From contig CBDCDS010000003.1 in NCBI GenBank assembly GCA_965215365.1, positions 864,001 to 928,000 on the forward strand: a stretch of 64,000 nucleotides of DNA. Reading direction: 5' to 3'. Positions 42,172-52,224 of this stretch are shown here, piece after piece. A program made the position numbers and the translations under genes. The stretch's first letter is position 1. Each line of letters starts with the position of its first letter. Under the pieces are notes generated by a model. The model was not told the DNA's origin and ran no database searches. It saw nothing but the letters and a program-made list of their open reading frames with translations. This DNA is from Gammaproteobacteria bacterium. GTDB taxonomy: Bacteria > Pseudomonadota > Gammaproteobacteria > Eutrophobiales > Eutrophobiaceae.

Positions 42172-43259
42172 AAGAAGTCAGCCTGACGGAAAAACTGCAT
42201 ATCGACGCGCCGTTACTCGGCGGCATTCTGGCGTTGTGTCTGATTGGCTATATCACCTTGTACAGTGCTGGCGGCCAGAGCACGGCCTTGCTGATCCGGC
42301 GTAGCGTGCATCTGGTCATGGCACTGGCAGTCATGTTTGCCATTGCCCAGACGCCGCCGGCGCGCCTGTCCGGGGCGTCGCTGTTGTTCTACCTGGCCAG
42401 CCTGTTACTGCTGACGCTGGTACTGTTTTTTGGTGAAACAGGCAAGGGCGCGCAACGCTGGCTGGGCCTGGGCCCGGTGCGCTTTCAACCTTCGGAACTG
42501 ATGAAACTGGCCCTGCCCATGGTCATCGCCATGTATTTGAGTAAGCAGCTGCCGCCGCCGAGCATAACGAAAGTCTGCATGGCGCTGGTCCTTATCGCCA
42601 TACCGGTATTGCTGGTCGCCAGGCAGCCGGACCTGGGCACCGCGCTGCTGATAGCCGTCAGCGGTTTTGCCGTACTGTTCATCGCCGGCATAAGCTGGAA
42701 ATTGCTGGGGGGATTTGCGTTGCTGGCGCTGTCGTCGGGGCCGGTGATATGGAACCTGATGCATGATTACCAGAAGCGACGCGTGTTGACGTTTCTGGAC
42801 CCGGAGCAGGACCCGTTAGGCGCCGGGTATCATATTATTCAATCTCAAATCGCCATCGGTTCCGGCGGGCTGTACGGCAAAGGCTGGCTGAACGGGACCC
42901 AGTCGCACCTGGAATTCCTGCCGGAGCGGACTACGGACTTCATTTTTGCGGTGTTCTGCGAGGAATTCGGACTGATCGGGGTGTGCCTCCTGGTAAGCCT
43001 GTACCTGTTCATCATTGCCAGAGGGCTGTATATTTCCGTACAGTCCCAACAGCTGTATGGAAAGTTGCTGGGAACGGGTGTTACCGCGGCATTTTTTGTC
43101 TATATTGCCGTTAATATGGGGATGGTGACGGGGCAATTGCCCGTAGTCGGCATACCGCTGCCGTTAATCAGCCATGGCGGCACTTCCATGATGACGATGA
43201 TGGCAGGATTCGGTATCCTCATGGCTATTCACACCCATAAACGAATACTGTCGGATTGA
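42168..43259 (+). CDS. rodA: SEDS peptidoglycan glycosyltransferase RodA
   Basis: GAQRWL, QPSELMK, QPDLGT, TDFIF. Confidence 0.96.
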   Translation: MKEVSLTEKLHIDAPLLGGILALCLIGYITLYSAGGQSTALLIRRSVHLVMALAVMFAIAQTPPARLSGASLLFYLASLLLLTLVLFFGETGKGAQRWLGLGPVRFQPSELMKLALPMVIAMYLSKQLPPPSITKVCMALVLIAIPVLLVARQPDLGTALLIAVSGFAVLFIAGISWKLLGGFALLALSSGPVIWNLMHDYQKRRVLTFLDPEQDPLGAGYHIIQSQIAIGSGGLYGKGWLNGTQSHLEFLPERTTDFIFAVFCEEFGLIGVCLLVSLYLFIIARGLYISVQSQQLYGKLLGTGVTAAFFVYIAVNMGMVTGQLPVVGIPLPLISHGGTSMMTMMAGFGILMAIHTHKRILSD

Positions 43260-43260
43260 T

Positions 43261-44241
43261 ATGAAATCGAAAATAACCATTGCCGGATTCCTGCTGCTGG
43301 CGTGCAGTCATGCCGCGGCCGAACTGTTGCAGCGCGCAGAGGTCGCCACGTTTATCGACAAAATGGTCGCGGAACACGATTACGATGCCGCACAGCTCGA
43401 AGATGCCCTGAGCCGGGTGCAGCTGTCGGAAAAAGTCATCGCCGCCATCACCAGGCCGGCTGAGGCCTTGCCCTGGCACCGTTACCGGTCGATCTTCCTG
43501 AAATCTGCGCGCATCAACGGCGGCGCTACGTTCTGGCGTCAACACCGGGCACAACTTGAACGCGCCGCGCAAACCTACGGCGTGCCGATCGAGATCATGG
43601 TTGCCGTGATCGGGGTTGAAACAAAATACGGTGGCAATACCGGTGGTTTCAAGGTCATCAATGCCTTGTCCACCCTGGCCTTTGACTACCCGAAACGCAG
43701 CAGGTTCTTTACCTCGGAGTTGCAGCATTATTTTCTGCTGACCCGGGAGCAATCCCTGGACCCGCATCAACTGACCGGTTCTTATGCCGGCGCCATGGGC
43801 ATTCCGCAGTTCATGCCCAGCAGTTATCGCGCCTACGCGGTCGATTTTGACGCAGACGGCCGCACCGACATCTGGGACAACCCGGTGGATGCCATCGGCA
43901 GTGTCGGCAACTACTTAGATGTGCATGGATGGCAGGCCGATGCGGGCATTGTCAGCGCCGCCGGCGTGCCCGCGGGCGATATCGCGGCGCTGCTCACCGG
44001 CGGCCTGGAATTGAAACTGCGTATGCAGCAAGTCGTGGATGCCGGCGTCGCCGTGGACGCTGAGGTGGATGCTGCGGAAAAGGTCAAACTGCTGCAACTG
44101 GAAAACAAGGACGGCTTCGAGTACTGGCTGGCGCGTCAGAACTTCTATGTCATTACCCGCTATAACCGTAGTACCTTGTATGCGATGGCAGTGTATCAGC
44201 TCGCTCAGGCCATCAGGGCCGAGTATGAAGCCGGGCTTTGA
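43261..44241 (+). CDS. mltB: Lytic murein transglycosylase B
   Basis: IGVETKYG, GSYAGAMG.PQFMPSS, YNRS. Confidence 0.95.
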   Translation: MKSKITIAGFLLLACSHAAAELLQRAEVATFIDKMVAEHDYDAAQLEDALSRVQLSEKVIAAITRPAEALPWHRYRSIFLKSARINGGATFWRQHRAQLERAAQTYGVPIEIMVAVIGVETKYGGNTGGFKVINALSTLAFDYPKRSRFFTSELQHYFLLTREQSLDPHQLTGSYAGAMGIPQFMPSSYRAYAVDFDADGRTDIWDNPVDAIGSVGNYLDVHGWQADAGIVSAAGVPAGDIAALLTGGLELKLRMQQVVDAGVAVDAEVDAAEKVKLLQLENKDGFEYWLARQNFYVITRYNRSTLYAMAVYQLAQAIRAEYEAGL

Positions 44242-45049
44242 CAGGATACGCCCGCTGCTCCCGGCGCTGCTGCTCGCAGCGCTGGCGGGCTGTGCCGGCG
44301 CCCCGGAAAAAAAGCTCGCAGCGCCGCCCGCACGCGCCCCGGAGGAACTGATAAAGATACCTGACGCGGTGCCCAAAGTGGAGCCTAAGAGCGAGCTTGG
44401 CAACATGAAAACCTACGAGGTGTTCGGCGAAAGGTACTACGTGCTGGACAGCAGCGACGACTTTACCCAGCAAGGCATTGCCTCATGGTACGGGCCGAAA
44501 TTTCACGGCAAGAAGACGTCCAGCGGCGAGATCTATGACATGTACGCCATGACTGCGGCGCACAAGACCTTGCCCCTGCCCTGTTACCTGGAGGTAAAAA
44601 ATCTGGAAAACGGCAGAAAAATCGTTGTGCGCGTGAATGATCGCGGGCCGTTTCACGACAACCGCATTGTCGATTTGTCCTACACGGCGGCGCTCAAGCT
44701 GGATATGCTGGACCAGGGGACGGCCCTGGTTAAAATTCGCACCCTGGACCCGCGCGCCCACAGCGGTGGCGGCGCCCCGGTCGAAGGCCGGGCCTTGGTT
44801 GCAGAAGACCGCGCGCCGCCGGAATTCTATATACAGGTAGGCGTGTTTGCCGACTATGACAACGCCGAGAACCTGAAGAACAGGCTGGCGGCATTGGCGG
44901 CGCCGATCCGGGTGGACGAGGCCAGCTTCAACGAAACCGCCGCCTACCGTGTGAAAATCGGCCCCTTGAATAATATCGAGACCGCAGATGAGCTTGTTAA
45001 CCAACTGGCGCCGCTGGGCATCCACGAACACCGCATCCTGCTGGAATGA
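44225..45049 (+). CDS. rlpA: Septal ring lytic transglycosylase RlpA (lipoprotein, SPOR domain)
   Basis: LAGC lipobox, GIASWYG, TAAHKTLP, VNDRGPF. Confidence 0.94.
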   Translation: MKPGFDRIRPLLPALLLAALAGCAGAPEKKLAAPPARAPEELIKIPDAVPKVEPKSELGNMKTYEVFGERYYVLDSSDDFTQQGIASWYGPKFHGKKTSSGEIYDMYAMTAAHKTLPLPCYLEVKNLENGRKIVVRVNDRGPFHDNRIVDLSYTAALKLDMLDQGTALVKIRTLDPRAHSGGGAPVEGRALVAEDRAPPEFYIQVGVFADYDNAENLKNRLAALAAPIRVDEASFNETAAYRVKIGPLNNIETADELVNQLAPLGIHEHRILLE

Positions 45050-45110
45050 AACCACACGTAAAACCATAACACGAGGTGGCCTTATAACGTTACGTACAGC
45101 CGCAAATACC

Positions 45111-46265
45111 ATGAAAAACCTGATCGTTAAACTACTGCTGGCGCCACTCGCCGTTGTCTGCCTGAACTTCGTCGCCACTGCCGTCGCAGTGACACCGCCG
45201 CCGCCTGAGCTCGAGGCCACCGCCTACCTGATGCTGGACGCACAAAGCGGCGCCTACCTGGTGGAACACAATGCCGACCAGCGGGTGGAACCTGCCAGTC
45301 TGACCAAAATCATGACCAGCTACGTGGCGGCAGACCAGCTTGCCGCCGGCCATATCGCCATGACCGACTCGGTGACCGTCAGTGAAAAGGCCTGGCGTAT
45401 GGGCGGCTCGCGCATGTTCATAGAAGTCGGCGCCCAGGTCAGCGTGGCGGATCTGCTGAATGGCATCATCATCCAGTCCGGCAATGATGCCAGCGTCGCC
45501 TTGGCAGAACATATTTCCGGCACTGAGGAGGCCTTTGCCGACCTTATGAACCGGCATGCAGCCAAGCTGGGGATGGACAACACCCACTTCACCAACAGTT
45601 CCGGCTGGCCGGATGACAACCATTACACGACGGCCAGGGACCTGGCAATACTATCGCGGGCGCTGGTGCGGGAGCACCCGGAGATTTACGCGCTGCATGC
45701 CGTGCGGGAGTTTACCTACAACGACATCAGGCAAGCCAACCGCAACCGGTTGCTGTGGTCGAAGGCCGGCGTGGACGGGATAAAGACCGGCTATACCGAA
45801 AACGCGGGCTACTGCCTGGTAGCTTCGGCCGTGCGCGACGGTCGGCGCCTGATTTCGGCAGTGATCGGCAGCGCCGGCCCCAAGGCCAGAGCCAAGGCCA
45901 CGCAGGCGTTGCTGAGCTACGGCTACCGGCATTTTGAAACCCGCACTCTCTACGGCAACAGTGAGGCGGTCACCAATATCAAGGTATGGAAGGGGACGCG
46001 CGACAGGCTCGACCTGGTTGTGGCAGAAGAGCTGGTATTAACCCTGCAACGGGGGCAATTTGAGCAGCTTGGGACCAGCATGACTATCATTGAAAAGCCC
46101 GTAGCCCCGATTGCAGCCGGCCAGCAGCTGGGGCAACTGGCGCTGACGCTGGATGAGGAAGCGCTTGCAACCTTGCCGCTGACCGCAGCCGCAGCCATCG
46201 CCCCTGGCAGCTTTTTTGTTCGGCTCAGGGATCATATCAAGATGCACTGGAATAGCGGGAATTGA
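45111..46265 (+). CDS. dacA: D-alanyl-D-alanine carboxypeptidase (PBP5/6)
   Basis: PASLTK, SGNDA, KTG. Confidence 0.92.
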   Translation: MKNLIVKLLLAPLAVVCLNFVATAVAVTPPPPELEATAYLMLDAQSGAYLVEHNADQRVEPASLTKIMTSYVAADQLAAGHIAMTDSVTVSEKAWRMGGSRMFIEVGAQVSVADLLNGIIIQSGNDASVALAEHISGTEEAFADLMNRHAAKLGMDNTHFTNSSGWPDDNHYTTARDLAILSRALVREHPEIYALHAVREFTYNDIRQANRNRLLWSKAGVDGIKTGYTENAGYCLVASAVRDGRRLISAVIGSAGPKARAKATQALLSYGYRHFETRTLYGNSEAVTNIKVWKGTRDRLDLVVAEELVLTLQRGQFEQLGTSMTIIEKPVAPIAAGQQLGQLALTLDEEALATLPLTAAAAIAPGSFFVRLRDHIKMHWNSGN

Positions 46266-47107
46266 CTACGGCTTACCTGAACGGCGAGTTTCTGCCGTTG
46301 GCACAGGCCCGGGTGTCGGCGCTGGACCGGGGGTTCACCTTTGCCGATGGCGTCTATGAGGTCATCCCGGTATTTGCCGGCGCGCCGTTCCGGTTGAACC
46401 AACACCTGCAACGACTGCACCACAGCCTGGACGGGATTGCCCTGCCACTGGCTTATGACCGGGAAAAGTGGCGGCTGTTGACAGACCGGTTGCTGCAACT
46501 GAATCAGGTCGCAACCGATGCAGCCATTTACATACAGGTGACCCGCGGCGTGGCTGAGCGAAACCATTGCTACGGGCCCGACCTTACCCCGACCGTTTTC
46601 ATGTACTGCAAACCACTGCCACACACGGACGTGAGTCGCGGCGTGAGCGCAGTGCTGCACGAGGACATCCGCTGGCAATACTGCCATATCAAGGCCGTGG
46701 CGCTGTTAGCGAACGTGATGATGAAACAGTATGCCCGCGACCAGGACGGTTCCATTGAGACGATTATGCACCGTGACGGGTATGTCACCGAAGGCGCGGC
46801 GAGCAACGTCTTCGTAGTCACTGCCGGTGAGGTGCGCACGCCCCCCGGCAGCAACCGGCTGCTACCGGGCATTACCCGCGACCTGGTAGTGGAACTGGCC
46901 GGCGCCTCCCGCCACCCGTGCCGGGCCGCGCCCGTGAGCAAGGCACAACTGTTACAGGCTGACGAAGTATGGCTGACCAGCTCCGGCCTGGGCATCGCCC
47001 CGGTAGTCAGGCTGGACGGCCAGCCCGTAGGCGACGGCCAACCCGGCCCGGTCTGGCGCGAACTGGACCGGCTCTACCAGGCATTCAAGCAGGCGCCCGG
47101 GGGCTGA
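46262..47107 (+). CDS. D-amino acid aminotransferase (class IV PLP enzyme)
   Basis: DRGFTFADGVYE, HIK, TEGAASN, LPGITR. Confidence 0.9.
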   Translation: MTTAYLNGEFLPLAQARVSALDRGFTFADGVYEVIPVFAGAPFRLNQHLQRLHHSLDGIALPLAYDREKWRLLTDRLLQLNQVATDAAIYIQVTRGVAERNHCYGPDLTPTVFMYCKPLPHTDVSRGVSAVLHEDIRWQYCHIKAVALLANVMMKQYARDQDGSIETIMHRDGYVTEGAASNVFVVTAGEVRTPPGSNRLLPGITRDLVVELAGASRHPCRAAPVSKAQLLQADEVWLTSSGLGIAPVVRLDGQPVGDGQPGPVWRELDRLYQAFKQAPGG

Positions 47108-47137
47108 GTGATACGGGGACCGCGCGCATTAAATGAT

Positions 47138-47166
47138 TTGACAACATGGGTACGTCCTGGTACATT
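47138..47166 (+). promoter_or_regulatory. Sigma70-like promoter upstream of the triplicated nuclease gene
   Basis: TTGACA - 17 nt - TACATT with TG immediately upstream (extended -10). Confidence 0.7.
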
Positions 47167-47207
47167 CAGGATAGACTGAGCCAGCGCTTCACTGAGAAGC
47201 TTTTTCC

Positions 47208-47741
47208 ATGACCGACGAAGAACTGAAAGCACTGGTTGCCGGCTTGGCCGTCGCGCAAGACCGTACTGATGCCCAGCTGGCGAAAAACGCCGCGCAGCTG
47301 GCGAAGACCGATGCCAAGCTGAACCGTCTGGCGGAAATGTACGGCGGTGTCGGCAACAGCCTAGGGGCGGCAGCCGAGGAGTTCTACCATAACAGCCTCA
47401 AGGCCAATCCGGTGCTGGCCGGGGTGCGCTTCGACTTCGTCGACCGGAACATCACCCGCAGCCGCGCCGGCCTTGAGGACGAGTTTGACCTGCTGTTAGT
47501 GAACGGTCGCGAAGTGTTTGTCGTGGAAGTGAAGTACAAGGCACATGAGAACGACTTGGCGCGCCTGCTGGACCAGAAGGCGCCCAACTTCCGGCGCTTA
47601 TTCCCGGAACACGCCGACCGCCGGCAGCGCTTGGCACTGGCCGCCTTCCACTTCCATGACGAGCTGAAGCAGGCGGCCTTAGCGCAGGGCGTGACCGTAC
47701 TGCAACGCAAGGGCGATGTCATCGAAACCCTTGCGGCCTAA
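47208..47741 (+). CDS. Coiled-coil + PD-(D/E)xK nuclease-fold protein, copy 1 (177 aa)
   Basis: AKTDAQ-type heptads; EFDLLLV...VVEVK. Confidence 0.8.
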   Translation: MTDEELKALVAGLAVAQDRTDAQLAKNAAQLAKTDAKLNRLAEMYGGVGNSLGAAAEEFYHNSLKANPVLAGVRFDFVDRNITRSRAGLEDEFDLLLVNGREVFVVEVKYKAHENDLARLLDQKAPNFRRLFPEHADRRQRLALAAFHFHDELKQAALAQGVTVLQRKGDVIETLAA

Positions 47742-47839
47742 GCAAACTCCGAACAGCATACCGGTCGATGTAGCGCCGGAATCACACCTGCCCTTCAGGT
47801 CCCCAGCGAATAATTTGTCCTCTTCAAATCACTCTCATA

Positions 47840-48016
47840 AAGGACAGCGGCATCACCAACGACCCCAACGACTGGTCCGATGACCCGCGTTACATTCTTA
47901 ACCTGCTGCAAAAAGTGGTATGCGTAAGCATGGATACCATCAAAATCGTCAACAGCCTGCCCGAACTGGACCCGGTTACGGATTCCACAGGGTATAAGCG
48001 TGGCTTTCGTAGGTGA
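47840..48016 (+). pseudogene. C-terminal fragment of a type ISP-like restriction-modification enzyme (repeated at about 49031-49207)
   Basis: KDSGITNDPNDWSDDPRYILNLLQKVVCVSMDTIKIVNSLP. Confidence 0.65.
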
Positions 48017-48022
48017 AGCTAG

Positions 48023-48078
48023 CCCGCATATCTCACCAAGTGATGCGAAGATCGGGCCGGATTGGTTCTGCCTGCGGG
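48023..48078. repeat. Left end of MITE family A (repeated at 49214-49269)
   Basis: CTAG-CCCGCATATCTCACCAAGTGATGCGAAGATC... Confidence 0.85.
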
Positions 48079-48151
48079 AGTAAAGGCCTTTTTATTTCAA
48101 GCCCGAGTGATGTAGAATGTCTCTCCTGAGCTGTTAACAGATGTAAACGTT

Positions 48152-48286
48152 ATGTATGCAGTGATAAAAACCGGTGGTAAACCGTGTGCGGCGCAGGCAG
48201 GGGGCACAGGGTGGAGCAGCCCGATGTCAGGGCAGCCTGTTGTTGGCGCCATCAATGCCGGCGCGAACGCCGACAGGATAGACTGA
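48152..48286 (+). other. Short ORF whose first 10 codons match ribosomal protein L21 (repeated at 49343-49477)
   Basis: MYAVIKTGGK then unrelated sequence; TAGAAT at 48113-48118. Confidence 0.7.
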
Positions 48287-48314
48287 GCCGCCGCTTCACT
48301 GAGAGGATTTTGCC

Positions 48315-48932
48315 ATGACTGATGAGGAACTGAAAGCACTGGTTGCCGGCTTGGCCGTCGCGCAAGACCGTACTGATGCCCAGCTGGCGAAAAACGCCGC
48401 GCAGCAGGCGAAGACCGAGGCCAAGCTGGCGAAGACCGAAGCCCTGCTGGCAGAAAACGCCGCGCAGCAGGCGAAGACCGATGCCCAGCAGGCGAAGACC
48501 GAGGCCAAGCTGAACCGTCTGGCGGAAATGTACGGCGGTGTCGGCAACAGCCTAGGGGCGGCAGCCGAGGAGTTCTACCATAACAGCCTCAAGGCCAATC
48601 CGGTGCTGGCCGGGGTGCGCTTCGACTTCGTCGACCGGAACATCACCCGCAGCCGCGCCGGCCTTGAGGACGAGTTTGACCTGCTGTTAGTGAACGGTCG
48701 CGAAGTGTTTGTCGTGGAAGTGAAGTACAAGGCACATGAGAACGACTTGGCGCGCCTGCTGGACCAGAAGGCGCCCAACTTCCGGCGCTTATTCCCGGAA
48801 CACGCCGACCGCCGGCAGCGCTTGGCACTGGCCGCCTTCCACTTCCATGACGAGCTGAAGCAGGCGGCCTTAGCGCAGGGCGTGACCGTACTGCAACGCA
48901 AGGGCGATGTCATCGAAACCCTTGCGGCCTAA
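48315..48932 (+). CDS. Coiled-coil + PD-(D/E)xK nuclease-fold protein, copy 2 (205 aa)
   Basis: Copy 1 plus 4 heptads. Confidence 0.8.
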   Translation: MTDEELKALVAGLAVAQDRTDAQLAKNAAQQAKTEAKLAKTEALLAENAAQQAKTDAQQAKTEAKLNRLAEMYGGVGNSLGAAAEEFYHNSLKANPVLAGVRFDFVDRNITRSRAGLEDEFDLLLVNGREVFVVEVKYKAHENDLARLLDQKAPNFRRLFPEHADRRQRLALAAFHFHDELKQAALAQGVTVLQRKGDVIETLAA

Positions 48933-49505
48933 GCAAACTCCGAACAGCATACCGGTCGATGTAGCGCCGGAATCACACCTGCCCTTCAGGTCCCCAGCGA
49001 ATAATTTGTCCTCTTCAAATCACTCTCATAAAGGACAGCGGCATCACCAACGACCCCAACGACTGGTCCGATGACCCGCGTTACATTCTTAACCTGCTGC
49101 AAAAAGTGGTATGCGTAAGCATGGATACCATCAAAATCGTCAACAGCCTGCCCGAACTGGACCCGGTTACGGATTCCACAGGGTATAAGCGTGGCTTTCG
49201 TAGGTGAAGCTAGCCCGCATATCTCACCAAGTGATGCGAAGATCGCGCCGGATTGGTTCTGCCTGCGGGAGTAAAGGCCTTTTTATTTCAAGCCCGAGTG
49301 ATGTAGAATGTCTCTCCTGAGCTGTTAACAGATGTAAACGTTATGTATGCAGTGATAAAAACCGGTGGTAAACCGTGTGCGGCGCAGGCAGGGGGCACAG
49401 GGTGGAGCAGCCCGATGTCAGGGCAGCCTGTTGTTGGCGCCATCAATGCCGGCGCGAACGCCGACAGGATAGACTGAGCCGCCGCTTCACTGAGAGGATT
49501 TTGCC

Positions 49506-50144
49506 ATGACTGATGAGGAACTGAAAGCACTGGTTGCCGGCTTGGCCGTCGCGCAAGACCGTACTGATGCCCAGCTGGCGAAAAACGCCGCGCAGCAGGC
49601 GAAGACCGAGGCCAAGCTGGCGAAGACCGAAGCCCTGCTGGCAGAAAACGCCGCGCAGCAGGCGAAGACCGATGCCCAGCAGGCGAAGACCGATGCCCAG
49701 CTGGCGAAGACCGATGCCAAGCTGAACCGTCTGGCGGAAATGTACGGCGGTGTCGGCAACAGCCTAGGGGCGGCAGCCGAGGAGTTCTACCATAACAGCC
49801 TCAAGGCCAATCCGGTGCTGGCCGGGGTGCGCTTCGACTTCGTCGACCGGAACATCACCCGCAGCCGCGCCGGCCTTGAGGACGAGTTTGACCTGCTGTT
49901 AGTGAACGGTCGCGAAGTGTTTGTCGTGGAAGTGAAGTACAAGGCACATGAGAACGACTTGGCGCGCCTGCTGGACCAGAAGGCGCCCAACTTCCGGCGC
50001 TTATTCCCGGAACACGCCGACCGCCGGCAGCGCTTGGCGCTGGCCGCCTTCCACTTCCATGACGAGCTGAAGCAGGCGGCCTTAGCGCAGGGCGTGACCG
50101 TACTGCAACGCAAGGGCGATGTCATCGAAACCCTTGCGGCCTAA
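49506..50144 (+). CDS. Coiled-coil + PD-(D/E)xK nuclease-fold protein, copy 3 (212 aa)
   Basis: Copy 1 plus 5 heptads. Confidence 0.8.
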   Translation: MTDEELKALVAGLAVAQDRTDAQLAKNAAQQAKTEAKLAKTEALLAENAAQQAKTDAQQAKTDAQLAKTDAKLNRLAEMYGGVGNSLGAAAEEFYHNSLKANPVLAGVRFDFVDRNITRSRAGLEDEFDLLLVNGREVFVVEVKYKAHENDLARLLDQKAPNFRRLFPEHADRRQRLALAAFHFHDELKQAALAQGVTVLQRKGDVIETLAA

Positions 50145-50190
50145 GCAAACTCCGAACAGCATACCGGTCGATGTAGCGCCGGAATGACGC

Positions 50191-51576
50191 TCAAGCACCC
50201 AATACCCGTCCCGGATTCAATATATTGCCCGGGTCCAGGGCTTGTTTCAGCAGTTGCATCAGCGCCAGCTCCTCCTTGTTCCTGGATTGGGGCAGGTAGG
50301 CCCGTTTCATCAGGCCGATGCCGTGTTCGGCGGAGACGGAGCCGCGGTAAGCGCCCACCTGTTCATACACCAGGTCATAGATCAGCGGTTTGTCTTGCGC
50401 GCGCGCAACCGTGAACACCAGGTGCAGGTTGCCGTCGCCGATATGTCCGAAGGCCAATATTTTCGTGTCCGGCAGCTGCGCCTTGACGTCCCGTTCCAGT
50501 CGCGCCAGGAATTCAGCCATGGCGTTGATGGGTACGCTCACATCGAAATTGGCATTGTCCCGGATCACGGCCAGGGCCTCGCCCACGCCGTCGCGGATGG
50601 CCCAGACGGCCGCTCGCTCGCGCTCGGATTGGCAGATTACGGCATCCAGCAGGCGCTCCTCCTCCAGTTCCCGCCCCAAGGTCTGTTCCAGTGCCTGCTC
50701 CGGGGCGTCCGCACCGGCATTGCTGGCGATCTCGGTCAGCACGTAGATGGGGTAGCGCGCGTCAAACGGACTGCTCACCGTCGGCACGTGTTCGATGATG
50801 TAATCGTAGTAGCCGGCCCACATCACTTCAAACGAATTGAGCGCGCCGCTGAACTCGCGACCCAGCAAATGCAGCAAGCGCACCACCTCGTCAAATGACG
50901 CCAACGCCACCAGCGCCGTGCTGAAGCCCGCCGGTTCAGGGAACAGACGCAACACCGCCCGGGTGACGATGCCCAAAGTGCCTTCGGTGCCGATGAACAG
51001 GTGCTTTAAGTCGTAACCGGCGTTATTTTTCAGCATTTTATTAAGCGAGGTGACGATGGTGCCGTCGGCCAGCACCACCTCCAGGCCCAGAATCAGGTTG
51101 CGGGTCATGCCAAACCGGATCACTTCATTACCACCGGCATTGGTGGCGATATTGCCGCCGATGTTGCAGGACCCGCGCGCGCCCAGGTCCAGCGGAAACT
51201 GCAAGCCCGCAGCCACCGCCGCCTCCTGTATGGTCTGCAAGGGCGTGCCGGCCAGCACCGTCATAGTCATGGAGTCGCGGTCCAGTTCCTCAATGCCGTT
51301 AAGCCGCTCCAGCGACAACGCCAGCTCGTCGTCCTGCGGCGTAGCGCCACCGCATAAACCGGTCAGGCCGCCCTGCACCACGACTTTCTGTCCGGCGGCA
51401 GAGCAAGTGCGCAGGATCTCAGAGACCTGCGCCACAGCAGCCGGCCGCGCCACCGCCAGCGGCGCCCGGGTAGTCAGCCCGGAACAATCGGCATGGTATT
51501 TTTCAGAAACGTCAGCGCCGGTCAGGATCACATCCGGCCCCAGCTTTTCGGTTAATTGTTTGATGGTGTTGTTCAT
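50191..51576 (-). CDS. FAD-binding oxidoreductase (D-2-hydroxyacid dehydrogenase/GlcD family)
   Basis: GGNIATNAGG, GTEGTLG, GHIGDGNLH, SAEHGIG. Confidence 0.92.
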   Translation of the reverse strand: MNNTIKQLTEKLGPDVILTGADVSEKYHADCSGLTTRAPLAVARPAAVAQVSEILRTCSAAGQKVVVQGGLTGLCGGATPQDDELALSLERLNGIEELDRDSMTMTVLAGTPLQTIQEAAVAAGLQFPLDLGARGSCNIGGNIATNAGGNEVIRFGMTRNLILGLEVVLADGTIVTSLNKMLKNNAGYDLKHLFIGTEGTLGIVTRAVLRLFPEPAGFSTALVALASFDEVVRLLHLLGREFSGALNSFEVMWAGYYDYIIEHVPTVSSPFDARYPIYVLTEIASNAGADAPEQALEQTLGRELEEERLLDAVICQSERERAAVWAIRDGVGEALAVIRDNANFDVSVPINAMAEFLARLERDVKAQLPDTKILAFGHIGDGNLHLVFTVARAQDKPLIYDLVYEQVGAYRGSVSAEHGIGLMKRAYLPQSRNKEELALMQLLKQALDPGNILNPGRVLGA

Positions 51577-51590
51577 GGCGGCTCAACGTA

Positions 51591-51896
51591 TCAACCGTCA
51601 CTACCAAAATAGTCAACAATATCCATTGCCTTATGAGGAATGCCGATAATATCTATCATATTGCCACGGAGCAAATAAAACACCAGATGGGAACCTTGCG
51701 GGAAACAATAGTAGCCATCGCAGATATCGGGACGATGCTTACCTGCAAGAGGCCACTCAGCTAACCACGAAAAACGCTTGTACAATCCGGCAATATAGCT
51801 GTCTGCTTGGGTTTCACCCCATACTGCCGATGTGTATTTCCAAATCCTGCGTAAATCTTCCCTGGCATTGAAAGTGAGATTAAACGAGTTTGTCAT
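51591..51896 (-). CDS. ParE/RelE-family toxin
   Basis: AREDLRRIWKYT..WG..QA..Y, HLVFY, IPHKAMD. Confidence 0.88.
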   Translation of the reverse strand: MTNSFNLTFNAREDLRRIWKYTSAVWGETQADSYIAGLYKRFSWLAEWPLAGKHRPDICDGYYCFPQGSHLVFYLLRGNMIDIIGIPHKAMDIVDYFGSDG

Positions 51897-52140
51897 CCTG
51901 TTCTTCCCTGAACCCCGCCAGCGCTTGATCAAGCGATTCCGTCACAAATTCACCACGCTCGGCCTGGGCCGCGCCTGCGGCTAAATGAGTGCGTAATGCA
52001 GAAAGCTTGCTTTTGTGCGCTTCCAGCGTTCGCAGCGCATCCTGAACCACTTCACTGGCGCTACCATAGCGGCCACTGGCGATTTCATTTTTTATGAACA
52101 CCTCCCAATGTTCACCCACACTAAAACTTGTCGTTGCCAT
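51880..52140 (-). CDS. ParD-like (CopG/Arc/MetJ RHH) antitoxin
   Basis: TSFSVGEHWE.FI....ASGRYGSASEVV. Confidence 0.9.
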   Translation of the reverse strand: MATTSFSVGEHWEVFIKNEIASGRYGSASEVVQDALRTLEAHKSKLSALRTHLAAGAAQAERGEFVTESLDQALAGFREEQDDKLV

Positions 52141-52224
52141 CCTGATACCTGAATTATTCAATTTGAATAATTTTGAACATGCTGCATATTAACAGAGTTG
52201 CACGCGTCTGTGTCAACGGTTAAG

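Larger units (their letters stand above)
47167..50185 (+). repeat. Near-perfect tandem repeat of about 1.19-1.21 kb (about 2.5 units, three gene copies)
   Basis: Stop codons at 47741, 48932 and 50144 (periods 1191 and 1212); coding differences are mainly multiples of 21 bp. Confidence 0.95.

Noticed and set aside
47167-50185. Repeats as a CRISPR array
   Set aside because: Units are about 1.2 kb gene duplications with 21-bp coding repeats; there are no unique spacers and no cas genes.
51591-52140. ParDE-like pair as a novel system
   Set aside because: An ordinary intact type II toxin-antitoxin module.
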